Below are positions 25,245 to 51,290 of a stretch of DNA of 64,000 nt, piece after piece. How positions within the stretch are numbered: position 1 is the stretch's first letter; each line of letters opens with the position of its first letter. The translations under genes were made by a program, and so were the position numbers. This DNA is from Amoebidium appalachense. Taxonomy: Eukaryota; Protista; Ichthyosporea. The notes under the pieces are model-generated. The model did no database searches. It was not told the origin of the DNA and worked only from the letters and a program-made list of their open reading frames with translations. The stretch covers positions 3,067,572-3,131,571 of the forward strand of contig CAVNZM010000008.1 of the NCBI GenBank assembly GCA_963693365.1, written 5' to 3'.

Positions 25245-26401
25245 CAACTTTTGGCGTGCTGTTGCTCTAAATAGGGGTGTCTCACCCACTGAGTCCTTGG
25301 CGTCAACATCGGCTCCATGTTTAAGGAGTAGCCGTGCGGCCTGTGGGCAAAAGGAAAAAAAGGGAGAGGAAAAAAAAGGGAAGAAAAAAAGAAGGAAAGG
25401 AAGGAGGTAGAAAAGAATGGTATGAAGAAAGCAGAGAAGTCAGAAAATAAGAAACAAAAAAAAAAAAAAAAAAACAGATGAAAAAAGAAACGAAAAACAG
25501 TGAAAAAAGGAAACCAAGAAAAGAAAGAAAGAAAGAAAGAAAAGAAAGAAAAGAAACAAGCACATAAACAGACAAAGGAAGAAAGAAAAATCCGCCCGAA
25601 AAAGTCAATCGGTAGACACTCTAGTTGCACGACCCCTTTAGCACATAAGCCACACTTTTGACAAAAAAATCCAAATCATCTGAGAGAACCGCAAGCTGTG
25701 AGAAAATCAGTGTAACAAGACAAGAAGGTGTGGCAGTGGAATTGATGTCGTAGGCATTTCAACAGAAAAGATTCATGGAGCCAGGAGGACCGAGTAGGCG
25801 GAGGGGGGGGGACGGAAGTGGAAGGGGGTGGGGTGGGGAGGGGGGAGGGGGATGGGTGTGTGTGCTGGGGAGGGAGGGGAGACGGAAGCGGATGGGGGAG
25901 GGAGGGGGGGGGGGGGGGGGGGGGGGGGGGAGGGGGTGCTGATGGAGTGAGGGTGTTTAGAGTGTGGCATAGAGTCCCAAGTACACATTCATAACGAACA
26001 ACACATTGCAAACATTGCAAAGCGCATACAGAGTGTGCATATCCTGAGCCCATCATAGGACCGCTGGGAGGGGGGGGGGGGGAAGGGGGGGGGGGAGGAG
26101 AGGGGGAGGTTAGGGGGGCAAAAATGACGATGACAAGGATTTTTTAATTTTTTCCTTTTTTTCCTTTTTTTTTTATTAATTTTTTTTACCTCGATGTGGT
26201 TCTTGCTGGCTGCATAGTGGAGTGGTGTCTGGCCCGTAGAGGTGCAGGCGTCGGTATCGACCTGTTTAAATACGATTAAGCCATCAAAATCAGTTAAATC
26301 ACAAACCAACCATGTCTTATTACAGCAACACATCAGAATACGACAGAACCTAGAAGTCAAAGCCCCCTCTCCCGGGCTCCCCCCCCCCCCCTCCCTCCCC
26401 C

Positions 26402-26434
<33 letters not shown>

Positions 26435-26685
26435 AAAAAAAAAAAAAAAAAAGGAAAAGGAAAAAAGAGAAAAGCGGAGAAAAGAAAGAAAGAAGATAAA
26501 TCATCCTTTCCCTCACCCCGTCAATCCCAACCACCACTAACACCACCGGTCCAATCACACATAACACTCTCTCACGTACGGGGCCTACAAAACAGCCAAA
26601 AAAAGCCAAAGACTCACAACCAATTCATCTGTCAAAAAGAATCGTGTGTATATGTATGTGTGTGTGTGTGTGTGTGTTGGGGGCG

Positions 26686-26725
<40 letters not shown>

Positions 26726-27181
26726 AAGAATATGTTACAAAGTACGAGGTACACACAGTCACGACGGACAACGTTGCAGTTTTTGCAATGCAAGCATCCT
26801 CAAGGGCGGGTCCCAAGTCGTCTACAATAGCTGATATTTGACCCAAAGAGGGGGCGGGGGTGGGGGGAGGGGGGGGGGGGGAGGGGGGGGTAACTATAGC
26901 TATCGCTTTTGCAGGACACCCGCAACCAGACAAACCTTTCTTTCCAATAGCTGCTGTACCGCCTTTTCCAACCCTGTCGAGGCTGCAATGTGGAGGGGGG
27001 TCCAACCAGACTGCAAGGGGGGTGTATGGTAAATTCAATGTGTGTGCTAGTATGTGTCTTTTTTTTTGGGGGGGGGGGGGGGGGGAAGGGGGGGAGAAGG
27101 GGGCGGGGGAAGAGGTTTTGTGCGTTTGTGTGTGTGTGTGTGCCTTGTCTCTTTTCTCTTTTAGACAGGGGGCAGAGAATT

Positions 27182-27264
<83 letters not shown>

Positions 27265-28592
27265 TTTGTGCGTGTGTGTGTGTGTTGTTGTGTGTATGTG
27301 TGTGCCTTTTTATATGTGTGTGTGTGTTGTGTGTGTGTGTGTGTGTGTGTGTGTATACGTGTACGAGCGCGTGTGTGTGCCTGTGTGCGCGTGCATGTGT
27401 GTGTGTGTGTTTATGTGTCCGTGTGTGTGTGTGTCTGTCCGGGTGTTTGTGTTTGCAAGTGTGTGATGCTGTCCTGTGGGTGTGTGTGCACTTACGTGTG
27501 CACTTGTGAGTGTGTAGACCGGTCGTGTACATTTGTGTATGCATGAGCGTGCTGTGTATGTGCGGGTAGGTGTATGTTTCTTTCTGTGTGGGTGCGGGAG
27601 TGTATAGGTTGTGTGTGGGTCACGCTTGTGTGTACTAGTGTGAAAAATTGTGTACGTATGCCAGTGTGTTCCTGTCTGTGTGAGTGTGTGTGTGCGTTTG
27701 CACCTGCTCACGTGAGCGCACGTGTGGATATTATGTGTGCACGTGTGCATCTGCACATTCCCACCTCGTCAGCCACACCCACGGGGAGTCCTTCGATCCC
27801 CAACAGATAGTCCACCACGTCTTGTTTTTTACCGCTAATAGCCCAATGCAGGGGTTGCCGTCCATCCTTCGTGGAAAAAACCCATTGTTAGACGATGATT
27901 GTAACAACGAAGAAGGGAAAATGGAAGGCAATATATATTTTGAATGGTGTGAGGACTCTGCAGGGGGTGGCCATACGTGAAGGACAAGAAAGCAAAGAAG
28001 AGGCGGGCGAAAAAAAGGGTTGGGAAAGGCAGAGTTTCATGCACACAGGCAGAAAGAAACGCTTGTTGAACGTGCTCCAGAACTGCACTTCCCACAACTC
28101 CTTTCCCGTGCACTTTTCCTCCCGTGCCACCCTGCTCGAGAAGCAATTTTCTTCCGCTCCCCTGCCATCCACCCCCTCCCCCCTCCCCTGTTCCCCTTAC
28201 CCCCCTTCCCCTTCCCCCCTACATCCCTTCTTCTCCCCTCCCCTCCTTATCAGCTTTTCTCTATGGAAAAAGCTCCTCCTGGGGGGAAGGATTCCCCTCT
28301 CAGTGACGAAGATGTTAAGGGTCAAGTTGGTACCGTGTGCTTTCCCTAACCTCCGACCCTCCCCACCCACCTCCCGCGCCCCTTTTCACACAGCCCCGGC
28401 CGCTCCTTCCGCCTCCGTTTCAACCCATTCCCAAATAAACACACACTGAGCAAGCGAGTATGGCTCTAGCAAGAACGTGATGGGCCACACCTCATCCACC
28501 ACCGTTGCTGTCTTTGAGTCCTCCAGCACCAGGCGCTTGAGCTCAAGCAGGTTGCCCTCATAGGCGAGCCGGCAGGGTAGTGAGTCGGACAT
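22216..28592 (-). CDS. PSMD10: Gankyrin / 26S proteasome non-ATPase regulatory subunit 10 (Nas6/p28) ankyrin-repeat chaperone; 8 exons
   Basis: Exons 28592-28491, 27866-27765, 27010-26936, 26261-26190, 25340-25249, 24074-24000, 23111-23042, 22320-22216 join in frame. The protein reads [13 protein letters not shown]...[14 protein letters not shown]...[15 protein letters not shown]...[15 protein letters not shown]...GNTVMHVACSED...NKAKQTP, the gankyrin ankyrin series. Confidence 0.9.
25955..26062 (-). mobile_element. Family A element, 3' portion, in PSMD10 intron 4
   Basis: The + strand agtacacattcataacgaacaacacattgcaaa...cagagtgtgcata...gagcccatc aligns with 45981-46056. Confidence 0.65.
26722..26848 (-). 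mobile_element. Family A element, 3' portion, in PSMD10 intron 3
   Basis: The + strand reads gtacgaggtacacacagtcacgacggacaac...catcctcaagggcgggtcccaagtcgtc...tttgaccc and is flanked by a G-run. Confidence 0.65.
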
Positions 28593-28811
28593 CTTCAAGG
28601 TGAGATTGTAAGTGCGAAAGTTTTTGTTCGTGTTTCCCTGCGTAACTGGATAGACTTGGTGCCTCTTTCGGGTGCACAGCTCCCGTGCACGGGAGCACAG
28701 GTCCTATTTTCGCGGTCCCATTGGCATGCACAAACTTCTTTGATTTGAAAAACTGACGGTCTACGTAATGTTCGCGTGCTTGCCTTTTTGGGAATTTTGA
28801 TGTAGTTCTAG

Positions 28812-28850
28812 CCAATCGTCCGTTTTCCCGCCAAAATAGGGATGACGTAA
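28812..28850. promoter_or_regulatory. CCAAT box, E2F site (TTTTCCCGCCAAAA) and CRE-like TGACGT in the PSMD10/FANCE divergent promoter
   Basis: ccaat at 28812-28816, ttttcccgccaaaa at 28823-28836, tgacgt at 28843-28848. The two start codons are about 890 bp apart, head to head. Confidence 0.45.
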
Positions 28851-29480
28851 CACATATTTTTTGGTAGCCGGGAGCCTCTCTGACTGAGCTCTGTGATCTG
28901 CTCTGTGACTGCTGCCGCAGAAAACCTGTGCTGAAACAGGTGACAAAAAAAATCACAACAGAAAGAGGGTACAGTGTAATTAGCCACACGAATTAGTCAC
29001 ACTTAAGATGTTATCACATGCGTCAGGCATCAGGTTGACTTTTGAAACAGCATGTGTAATATCGACCACATGCAAGGTGATCCATGCACGGCGTCTCTTT
29101 GGGTCTTCAGAGTCAGACATTGTGAATAAACACCCTTCACTCTTTTGCCCGGCGTGTATTTTACCCTATTAGCCGTGCCAAAAAACTCGCTTCGTTATAA
29201 TTGAAGTTTTCCCACCTTCAAGGCTCATACCACGAGCTTAGACACTTTACCTCCGAACTCAATAGTTAAATACAGACTTCTGCATCTCAAGCCACCTTCC
29301 CAACGTTCACCCCTATTTCTGATTGTCCTCTTTTTTTTTACGCGCCTTCACCAAATTCAGAAGTAACACACACAAAGTCTCACGCACACATACAGAGTCT
29401 GTATGTTTGTTCGTACCCCCCGGAAACCAGGGGCACTCAAAACCTTCTATCCAGCTCTATTGAGGACACAACTTTAGATT

Positions 29481-43064
<13,584 letters not shown>

Positions 43065-43574
43065 CGTCGACAGGACTGTATACGGTGTGCAACGGACTAT
43101 GAGTGTAGGTAGCCTAAGAACACGATAGAAAATGAATTTTCATATTGGTTTGCGTGAATGTGACCCGCACGTACGTATGGGCAAGTTGAAGGTTTACCGG
43201 ATCTGTTGCACGTTCCCGTAATTTTGGAAGTAATGCAATGCAATGTGCCGCTTCGTATTGTAGATAAATACATGAAAGAACTGGGACAGGCAATATTGAC
43301 AACAGTGGTGCTCTGTAGCAATCAGAAAGGTTTGTTTGTAATTAATGGCTATAACGTTCAAACCGTTAGCTAACCTACCAACCGTCCTTAGAAAATAATA
43401 AATACATGAAGGTGTTTTTAGACAATTGTGAACAAAAAGACAGGATATGCGATATGCTCAATATTCTTAGCAATGCATGGTACTGTAAGTTCGAATTCGA
43501 AGGTCTTATGATTATATGATTACGTAGTCGAATCCTCTAAATGTAAAAGCTACTTTTAATGTCCCTGTATTGTA

Positions 43575-43690
43575 ATGTACATACGTCATTGGCTGCATTT
43601 GATTGGCTGCGCTGGAAAACGCAGTAGGCCGTCAAGTGAGGCTAGGCCCCAGACAGTGTCTGTAGCAATAAATAGTGCGTAAACCCCCTA
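43575..43690 (+). repeat. Dispersed repeat (family B), solo copy of the 3' end of the retroelement-like remnant
   Basis: atgtacata..ggctgcatttgattggctgcgctggaaaacgcagtaggccgtc...gcaataaa..gtaaaccccc aligns with 50657-50770. Confidence 0.85.
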
Positions 43691-44749
43691 TCGTAATATT
43701 GCAAGCTAACATGATAAAGTTTTCGATCCCGGAGCCTCCCCAGTATTAAACTTATACGCGTGCCTTTCCATCGATATATCTGGTGGGAGAGCACGTGCCA
43801 CTGGTGTTTCATATTTGGTATATCTCGGATATCTGATGAACCTATCTCAGCAAACTTGCGACTATCTCTTTGCGTCTATGGCAAACTGTACTATGCACGA
43901 AATCGTTGCATCGAGATAAATTATTATCATGATCTTCGAGAGGGCTGATCGTATCGTGAACCCTTGAACCCTAGGCAAAAAGTTATAAACAGATTGCCAT
44001 GCCTATGTATACCGCGTACTTAAGCTTACTGCTTTTTAATACATGCGAAAACAGTTTCACACACGACCGATAATATATGTCATTCTGCGGCAAAGCATTA
44101 GCAATTTGTGTCAAAGACAATTGGCAAGCACAAACACATGTTATATGAACGCACCATGCTATAAATTCACAGCATCCAGACGATCCCAAAAATGATCTGA
44201 TGGACAGATCTAGATCCTACAGACAAGTAGGCAGGTTTTCATTATGTAAAAGAACCCAGTTGGCTTTTTATTTGCTACATATCATTGGCAGATCTGGCCA
44301 TTTTGGCACGCATACATCCAGACACAGCATGCCGCCAAACTGGAGTACTTCATCCCCAAAACCTAACATAACTCGATACAGATTCCTTCCTCTCACGAAA
44401 TATCACCATAAAATAACCTAATAGTATCACCCTGAAATTTCTATTCTTTGTTCCCGTTGAGGGCGTACAACATACATTAAACCGGACGAAAGAAGAACCG
44501 GGTGAGGTGGACTGGCAAGAACTTTGCAGGCCAAAAAAAAGCTCAAACATAACGGTGTTGTATCAGACAAACTTTAAGTGCCGATACTACACGCACAATC
44601 GTGCTCACAACACAGTAACACTATTTCAGTATACTGAAACAGCACGACGTATCTCCTGAAGTCCCTACAGTACCTACATGCATTGCCGCTCTTACAACCA
44701 TCTCTTATCCAGCACTGAGCGCATTAGACATTGTACGTCGGTGGGTGCT

Positions 44750-44860
44750 TCATGCTGTCGTCTTGGCCTTTTGCTTCTCCCAGTCAGCAGGAGTGTACGT
44801 TTTCTGGATCGATACACACACACACGGTTAGTAGGAACTGAGCCTTTGGGGGTTGTGGGG

Positions 44861-44899
<39 letters not shown>

Positions 44900-45046
44900 C
44901 ACATTAAAGGGTTTGTAATATGGAGGAGGCACCAAGGTGCAAATCAAAAATCATCACCACCACCGCGGCTCCGAAATAGAAGCCTTGTAATGGGGAAGGT
45001 TGGGGGTTGGGTTGGGGGTTTTTTCTGGTTGGTTGGTTGGTTGGTT

Positions 45047-45113
<67 letters not shown>

Positions 45114-45251
45114 ACTTCCCTCTCAATTAGCTGAGAAAATTAGGGCATTATTGCTTGTGTTGGGTGGTGGGTGAGTCGCTGGGTGGTTAAGTTTCGGTCG
45201 TGTGTGTTGTGTGTGTGTATGTGTTTTAAGGGAGGAGGAGGAGGAGGAGGA

Positions 45252-45289
<38 letters not shown>

Positions 45290-45769
45290 GATGGTGTCTG
45301 TGCCGCTGCGGTCGTGTGAAAAACGGAAGGCGAAGGTGGGGTTTTTCTTTTTTCTTTTTTTTCTTTTTTTTTCTTTCTTTTTTTTTGGGGGGGGGGGGGG
45401 GGGGGGGGGGGATTTGAATGCGGAACACGGTACGAAGTACGCATACGATGAGAAGCATGGTGCAGGACACATGCAAAGGCAAACATTCAAGTATGCAACA
45501 TCAGCCATGCGCACAGTATGCGTCATAAGCAGAGCCCATCCTCAGGGAGGGCCCAAGTCATCAATTGCGTCTGAGTTTCGACCCCTTAGCCCGCGTATAT
45601 ACGACTCTCCAACTCAGAGAGCAGCATCAACTGAACTTGGGAGGGTCAACCCGTCTTGATCAAAGACGAGCAGGGTTGCTTATGCAAGCAAGGTGAGCAA
45701 AACGGTGAAGATGTGTGTGCAAACTAAAGGAGTGCAGCGAAAAATGCGTATGTGCTTACAGATGCACGA

Positions 45770-45811
<42 letters not shown>

Positions 45812-46097
45812 CGGCCATACCATGCTGAAGGCGTGGATCTGCTTCAACTCAGCAGCAAGTGCCTCATTGACCAGCCTGCAGCATGCAGTCAGAAACATGA
45901 ATACAGCCCATGTACCACAAAAAAAAAAAAGGGGGGGGGGGGGGGGGGGGGGAGGGGTTAGAACGTGCAATTGAGTACGAAGTACACATTCACAACGGAC
46001 AACACAATGCAAAGTGCAAACCACACAGAGTATGCATAATAAGCAGAGCCCATCCTCAGGGGGGGGGCCAAGTCACCCACAATACCCGAGAGGGGAA

Positions 46098-46133
<36 letters not shown>

Positions 46134-46708
46134 AATCTACCTGTGTCTCTGGATAAGGGGCTTGCCCTGGAAAGCCTCAGACACAATCACACACTGCAAC
46201 ATATTACATCTTAGTGTCATGAACCACCAGCCCCCTTCCCCTCCCCCCCCCTCCCCCCCCTCCCCCCCCCCCCCCCGGCGCCACCTCCCCCCCTTCTTCC
46301 CCCTCCTGCTTCTTTCACTCCTCCTCCCCCCCCCCCCCCCCCCCCCCTTCCTTCCCCTCCCTCCATTTCCCACCTGTCCCCCTTCCCCTCCCTCCACCCG
46401 ATAGATTTCTCCCCCATCCCGCCGGCACAATCTCACCCATTTAAGGAGCCTTACACAAGACTTCTATCAGTCGTGAAAGAGATGAAGGAACTTCATTCTC
46501 TAAAATGGCACACCATCCCTAATATTACATTATTAGATGTCGGTCGTGAAATAAGAAGGAGGGATCAGATAGCATTCTAGTGTTACGGCTAAAATCAGTC
46601 CAGATATAAGAGAGTGAATTTAATACCTCGAACATGGCTCCACATCCCCCGGAGGTATCAACAACTTCCTGTGGACATAAACGGACCGTAAGTATCGTAT
46701 GTACGTCC

Positions 46709-46801
<93 letters not shown>

Positions 46802-47190
46802 CGCGCGCAAGCATGTGTGTGTGTCCGTGCATGTGGGGGTGAACTCTTAAAGGATGTGTGTGTGTGTGCGCGCGCGCACGTGTGTGTGTGCGTGCAAGTG
46901 TGTGTATGTGCCCATGTATGTAGGGGTAAACTTCGGGGGGGGGGGGGGGGGGGGGGGGGGGAGGGGGGGGACACCATAAAGTTAACGAGTATATAAAATT
47001 AGATCGCGTGCCGAGGCTCGGCCCAATTCATCCATCATCACAAGTTATAAACCTTTCACTTTGCACGGAACAAGCAACTAGCACACTACATCATACAGAA
47101 CGTGGTAAGGCATAAATATTTCGCAAGGTCAGCTAAATGAACAGCGAGGAAAAGCAACCACAGTAAGAAGTTCCAGGGGTGTAGGTTGCC

Positions 47191-47266
<76 letters not shown>

Positions 47267-47567
47267 GGATGCGTTAGAGAGTATAAAGCAAAGTACATAT
47301 CAGGAAGGAAAAAGACCAGGCAACTACAAAAAGAACACACAAAGAACAAGTCTGGAAAGTCCCTCAAGGAACTTCCACAGCCATCTTAGCATGGTCGGAG
47401 GAAAGAAGGGCACGGGTTGAAGTCAGAGGGGACGATGGATGATGGTTGCGAGATTTTAAGAGCCAAGAGGAGGCAAGGGAAAGCCTGATAAGGTCTCTCC
47501 TTTTTTTTGGTCCCTTTCTTTTTTCCTTCCTTTTTTTTCTTTTTTTTTTTTCTTTTTTTGTGGGGGG

Positions 47568-47599
<32 letters not shown>

Positions 47600-48127
47600 A
47601 AGGGTGGAGTCCATGGCCGTGAGAATGATAAGACAAAAATGTCACGGTTGTGATGATTAGACTAAGGGACTATGGGGAGCTTTGGCTTTAAAAGGGGGAA
47701 GGCTGTCCGCGGGTGGGGGAAGAGGGGGCGGGGGGGAGGGCAGCGCCATCACCTATCAAGATGCCAAGAAAAACACAGTACTGGAGCAATGATAGGAACG
47801 AGGGAGAGCTATGCGGGTGATGTGCGTAGGTCAGCACATCACCCGCAGGGGAGGGGAGAGGGTGGGGGGGGGGGAGAGAAAGAGGAGAGGGAGAGCTAGA
47901 GAAGAGGGAAAGAGAAGAGAGAGAGAGAGAGGGGGGGGGGGGGGGGAAGGGGGGGAGGGGGGAGGGAGGGAGAGAGAGAGAGGGAGAGAGAGAGGAGCGA
48001 GACAGGGCGAGAGTCAGGAGAGAGGGCGCGTGCGGAGAAGGGGGGGGAGGACACAGCGAGAGAGTGAGAGACGCCAGCGGAGAGAGAGATAGAGAGAGAG
48101 GAGAGAGAGAGGAGACAGAAAAAGCCT

Positions 48128-48217
<90 letters not shown>

Positions 48218-48313
48218 GCTGTGAGAGGGGGAGGGGGAAGTAAGGGAGAGAGAGCGCGCTGAGAGAGAGAGAGAGACTCGGAGAGACGGGGGGAGGGAGA
48301 CGTGGGGGGAGAA

Positions 48314-48403
<90 letters not shown>

Positions 48404-48540
48404 TTCGAGAGAGAGAGAGCCTCAGGGAGACTTGGAGGCCCGGAGAGGGAGGAGGAGGGGGGGGGGGGGGGGGGGGTAGACAGAGTGGTGAGAGAAAACA
48501 GGGAGAGGGGGTTGAAAACAGGGGCCGGACTGGGAGAGAG

Positions 48541-48575
<35 letters not shown>

Positions 48576-48704
48576 GGGGGAGCCTCAGCCTGGGGGGGAG
48601 TAGTAAAAAATAGTGTTGCCTGGCAGGATTTCCAAGCATACCAAGTGGGCCAAGGGCAGCTTTGCACCCAGCGCAGCCTCCAGAGCCTCCTTAGTCACAG
48701 CCAT
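44750..48704 (-). CDS. BOLA2: BolA-like protein 2 (cytosolic Fe-S cluster partner of monothiol glutaredoxin); 5 exons
   Basis: Exons 48704-48642, 46668-46627, 46193-46141, 45875-45821, 44803-44750 give MAVTKEALEAALGAKLPLAHLEVVDTSGGCGAMFECVIVSEAFQGKPLIQRHRLVNEALAAELKQIHAFSMKTYTPADWEKQKAKTTA. It has the DTSGGCG, RHRLVN and IHA...KT.TP motifs and no targeting peptide. Confidence 0.92.
45410..45660 (-). mobile_element. Intronic dispersed element (family A), longest copy; SINE-like
   Basis: Lies in BOLA2 intron 4. The minus strand reads acgggttgaccc...tctgagttggagag...ggggtcgaaactcaga...gatgacttgggccctccctgaggatgggctctgctta...tacttcgtac...cgcattcaaatccccc and aligns with four other copies. Confidence 0.75.
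45953..46092 (-). mobile_element. Family A element, 3' portion, in BOLA2 intron 3
   Basis: The + strand reads gtacgaagtacacattcacaacggacaacac...gagtatgcataataagcagagcccatcctcaggg...ccaagtca and is flanked by a G-run. Confidence 0.75.
47870..48420 (+). repeat. (GA)n / purine-rich block
   Basis: Interrupted GA repeats in BOLA2 intron 1. Confidence 0.9.
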
Positions 48705-49689
48705 TCTATCCTTTTTTCTGACAACAAGGGTACTTGTATACTTTCCGCAAACGTCGGGAACAGTGGAAAACAAAACAGAGTCACAAAGTTTGGCAGGCTC
48801 ATGTGACGTGGGCACGGTGCACCCCTGCGCGTGAGTGTCTCTTAGCTCAGCTCAGGTAACACAGCGCACGTACGCACACTGCGTGGGCACGACCGGCACG
48901 TGCACTCCGATCAGCAGATTGGAGTCCACCGTGATCGCGATCCGACGAAGGGTAGAATCGGAATTAGGGATGTGAAATTATCTGTTGTGTGGTTGTGGTG
49001 ATACTAAGGGGCATTTTAGTAAAACTTCCTTCAGCCTGGGAAGCATGTCTTCCCTAATATTAGATGTTACTGAATGCCATTTGGAAATTTTCCTTTTATC
49101 ATTTCCCCACACCAGTACGTTAGTTATTTGTGGAAAATGTCACAGGAACAGTTGAAGAAAGAATGCTGGGGTTTACACACTTTTTATTGCGTGGACATTG
49201 CCGGAGGCCCAGCCACAGTTCGTGCAGATGGAATGTGTAAGTGCATTCCTGGCTAAACTTGAGGTGGCCTGTGCTGAAGCTAATGCTGTTCCTTTATAGG
49301 CATTGCATTGAACAATGACCAAAAGACTTAGATTTTAATTACTTACCAGCTTTTATATAAAATAATATATCGTGATCAGAAGCTTATTCGTCGGCTTGAC
49401 CGTCTACCACTGAGTTACTATGTGGTGACTGGTGAGAAACGATACTACTTTTGCTAACAGCCGCTGATTGGCTGACTGACCGGTACCGGCGCGGCTTATA
49501 ATATGACTACAATAAATCATTGACTGCGCCGGTCTAAATTTGCTCACCGTGTTATCTACAAGGCACTGTGACTACAAAAACTTTTTTATTAGGCACCCAA
49601 AGCCTGTTAACTAATAGAAAAAATGCTTTATGTACTTCAAACTACTTTCGAATAGTGTTTAACCTCGATAGTAGCTCTAAGGCGCCGTT

Positions 49690-50770
49690 ACTCTTGTGTG
49701 CCCCTCCACGGCAACAGCGCGCGGCTCTTCGGGAATTCGATTCCTTTCAGCGTGAATTCATCCAGTTTATTTCTCGAACCTCGCGTAGGCATCCTTTAGC
49801 GGCTCCCTTGCTGAGTGTTTATGGTCTCCCTCCGGCGCGCCAGCGTATGAATGAATTAGGACTTCGCTTTTGTTTTCATTTGGTTAGGCTTCCTTCTTAT
49901 CATCCTTTGTTGCAATTCTTTCCATCTTTAGCACCTGTTCCCGGCATTTCTAATCTTCGTGCGAAATGTCCAAAGTTTGTGCCCCGGACCACCCGCTCTT
50001 CCGGCTACACGCATCCCCGCCGGATTCGCCCCTGTACCTCTTCCCTTCCCCATCGTCTCTGCCCATTGCCGAGCGCTATGTGGAATGGCTGGCGACCCCC
50101 CCGGAGGTACGGCTAGATCATAGTGTGAATATGAATAGTTTCAAGTCTATGGCTGATAGATATCTTTTTACTCTACGTGTTGAGTCCCTTCCGGTGTTAG
50201 GACCGCACAAACACCAACTACTAGTAGCCTATATGGCGGATACGGTTAGAGAGTCTCGTTCATACATAGATTCGTTTATTCGTAATGTGGTGTGGTGTAA
50301 AAACGCAAAGATGATTATGGCTTGGCGGTGTAATCGGTTTCTGGTGTCTCCTGCTCGTATGTGTAATATGTGTGGGGGGCGGTTTACTCGCGGCTGCATA
50401 TCTATCAATAAATGCAACCTGTTAGCTAATGTATTAGAACCGGAGGTTATTGGCGGTTTTATTCTCTTTTCTTCATCTCTTCCTCAATATATCCGTTTTA
50501 AGATGACTATCCTAGATCACCTTATTAATGCTGCACAGTATGATATTGTGATCCGGTGCCTTAACTTTCTGTCGGAGCTACCGATGCTAGCATCTGCTTA
50601 CCCATAATATGTAATAGGGGTGTCAGATCCTACGATGGCGCTCATTGTTGCCTAGCATGTACATATGTCACTGGCTGCATTTGATTGGCTGTGCTGGAAA
50701 ACGCAGTAGGCCGTCGAATGTGGCTGGGCCTCCGGCAATGTCCACGCAATAAAAAGTGTGTAAACCCCCA
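49690..50770 (+). mobile_element. 5'-truncated, frameshifted non-LTR retrotransposon-like remnant (post-RT region, Cys-rich C-terminus, 3' UTR)
   Basis: Overlapping intronless ORFs 49568-50116 (FDSFQREFIQFI...LLSVYGLPPARQRMNELGLRFCFHL..LPSYHPL) and 49966-50607 (WRCNRF..CNMCGGRFTRGC..C...ILDHLIN). The + strand is T-rich and free of simple repeats. A downstream segment with AATAAA is repeated at 43.6 kb. No RT core (YADD) is visible. Confidence 0.55.
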
Positions 50771-50774
50771 TGTC

Positions 50775-51290
50775 CTATATCCCCAATCTCTCTCCCATTC
50801 CGAGATATCCTTTTAAATACTTATCTCCTTTATTTTTCTCTTCTACTAGTTATCAGCAGTATGTTACTTGGTTTCATACTCAATATCCAGTGCTTCATCG
50901 TTGTGATAAAGAGTATCATGGTAGGGCTCCTGAGCCTGTGCTTCTTTTTATATTAGAGACTCGTCTATTTTCTTTACAATCGTTGTGTAAATTAGCTACT
51001 TATATTTATCCTTCGTCTCGTAAACCTACCACCCTTACCGATTTTGCAAGTCTAACCCCTCCTTGTGACATAGCTTGGAAATGTTTATTTTGGCGCTGTA
51101 ACCTTTGTTTCCATAAATGTTTGTGCCACTTTTGTGCAGAACCTTTTTCTCGTAAACACTTAGATAGATGTATTTATTTATCTCGGATTATTCCGTTAGA
51201 AATTAGAAGACTGGCTTATTTAGATAATCCTGATATTACGTTACGTCTATTGACTATCTGTTGAACCACGGTATGTTTAATGGAGGGGCG
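50775..51290 (+). mobile_element. Second, diverged retroelement-like C-terminal remnant
   Basis: ORF 50770-51264 parallels the previous remnant: QYVTWF vs RYVEWL, WRCNLCFHKCLCHFCAEPFSRKHLDRC vs WRCNRF..CNMC..FTRGC. After a frameshift it reads SIDYLLNHG, against TILDHLIN in the first remnant. Confidence 0.5.

Noticed and set aside
49486-49533. Inverted repeat accggcgcgg...ctgcgccggt
   Set aside because: It is a single short imperfect hairpin with no other support.
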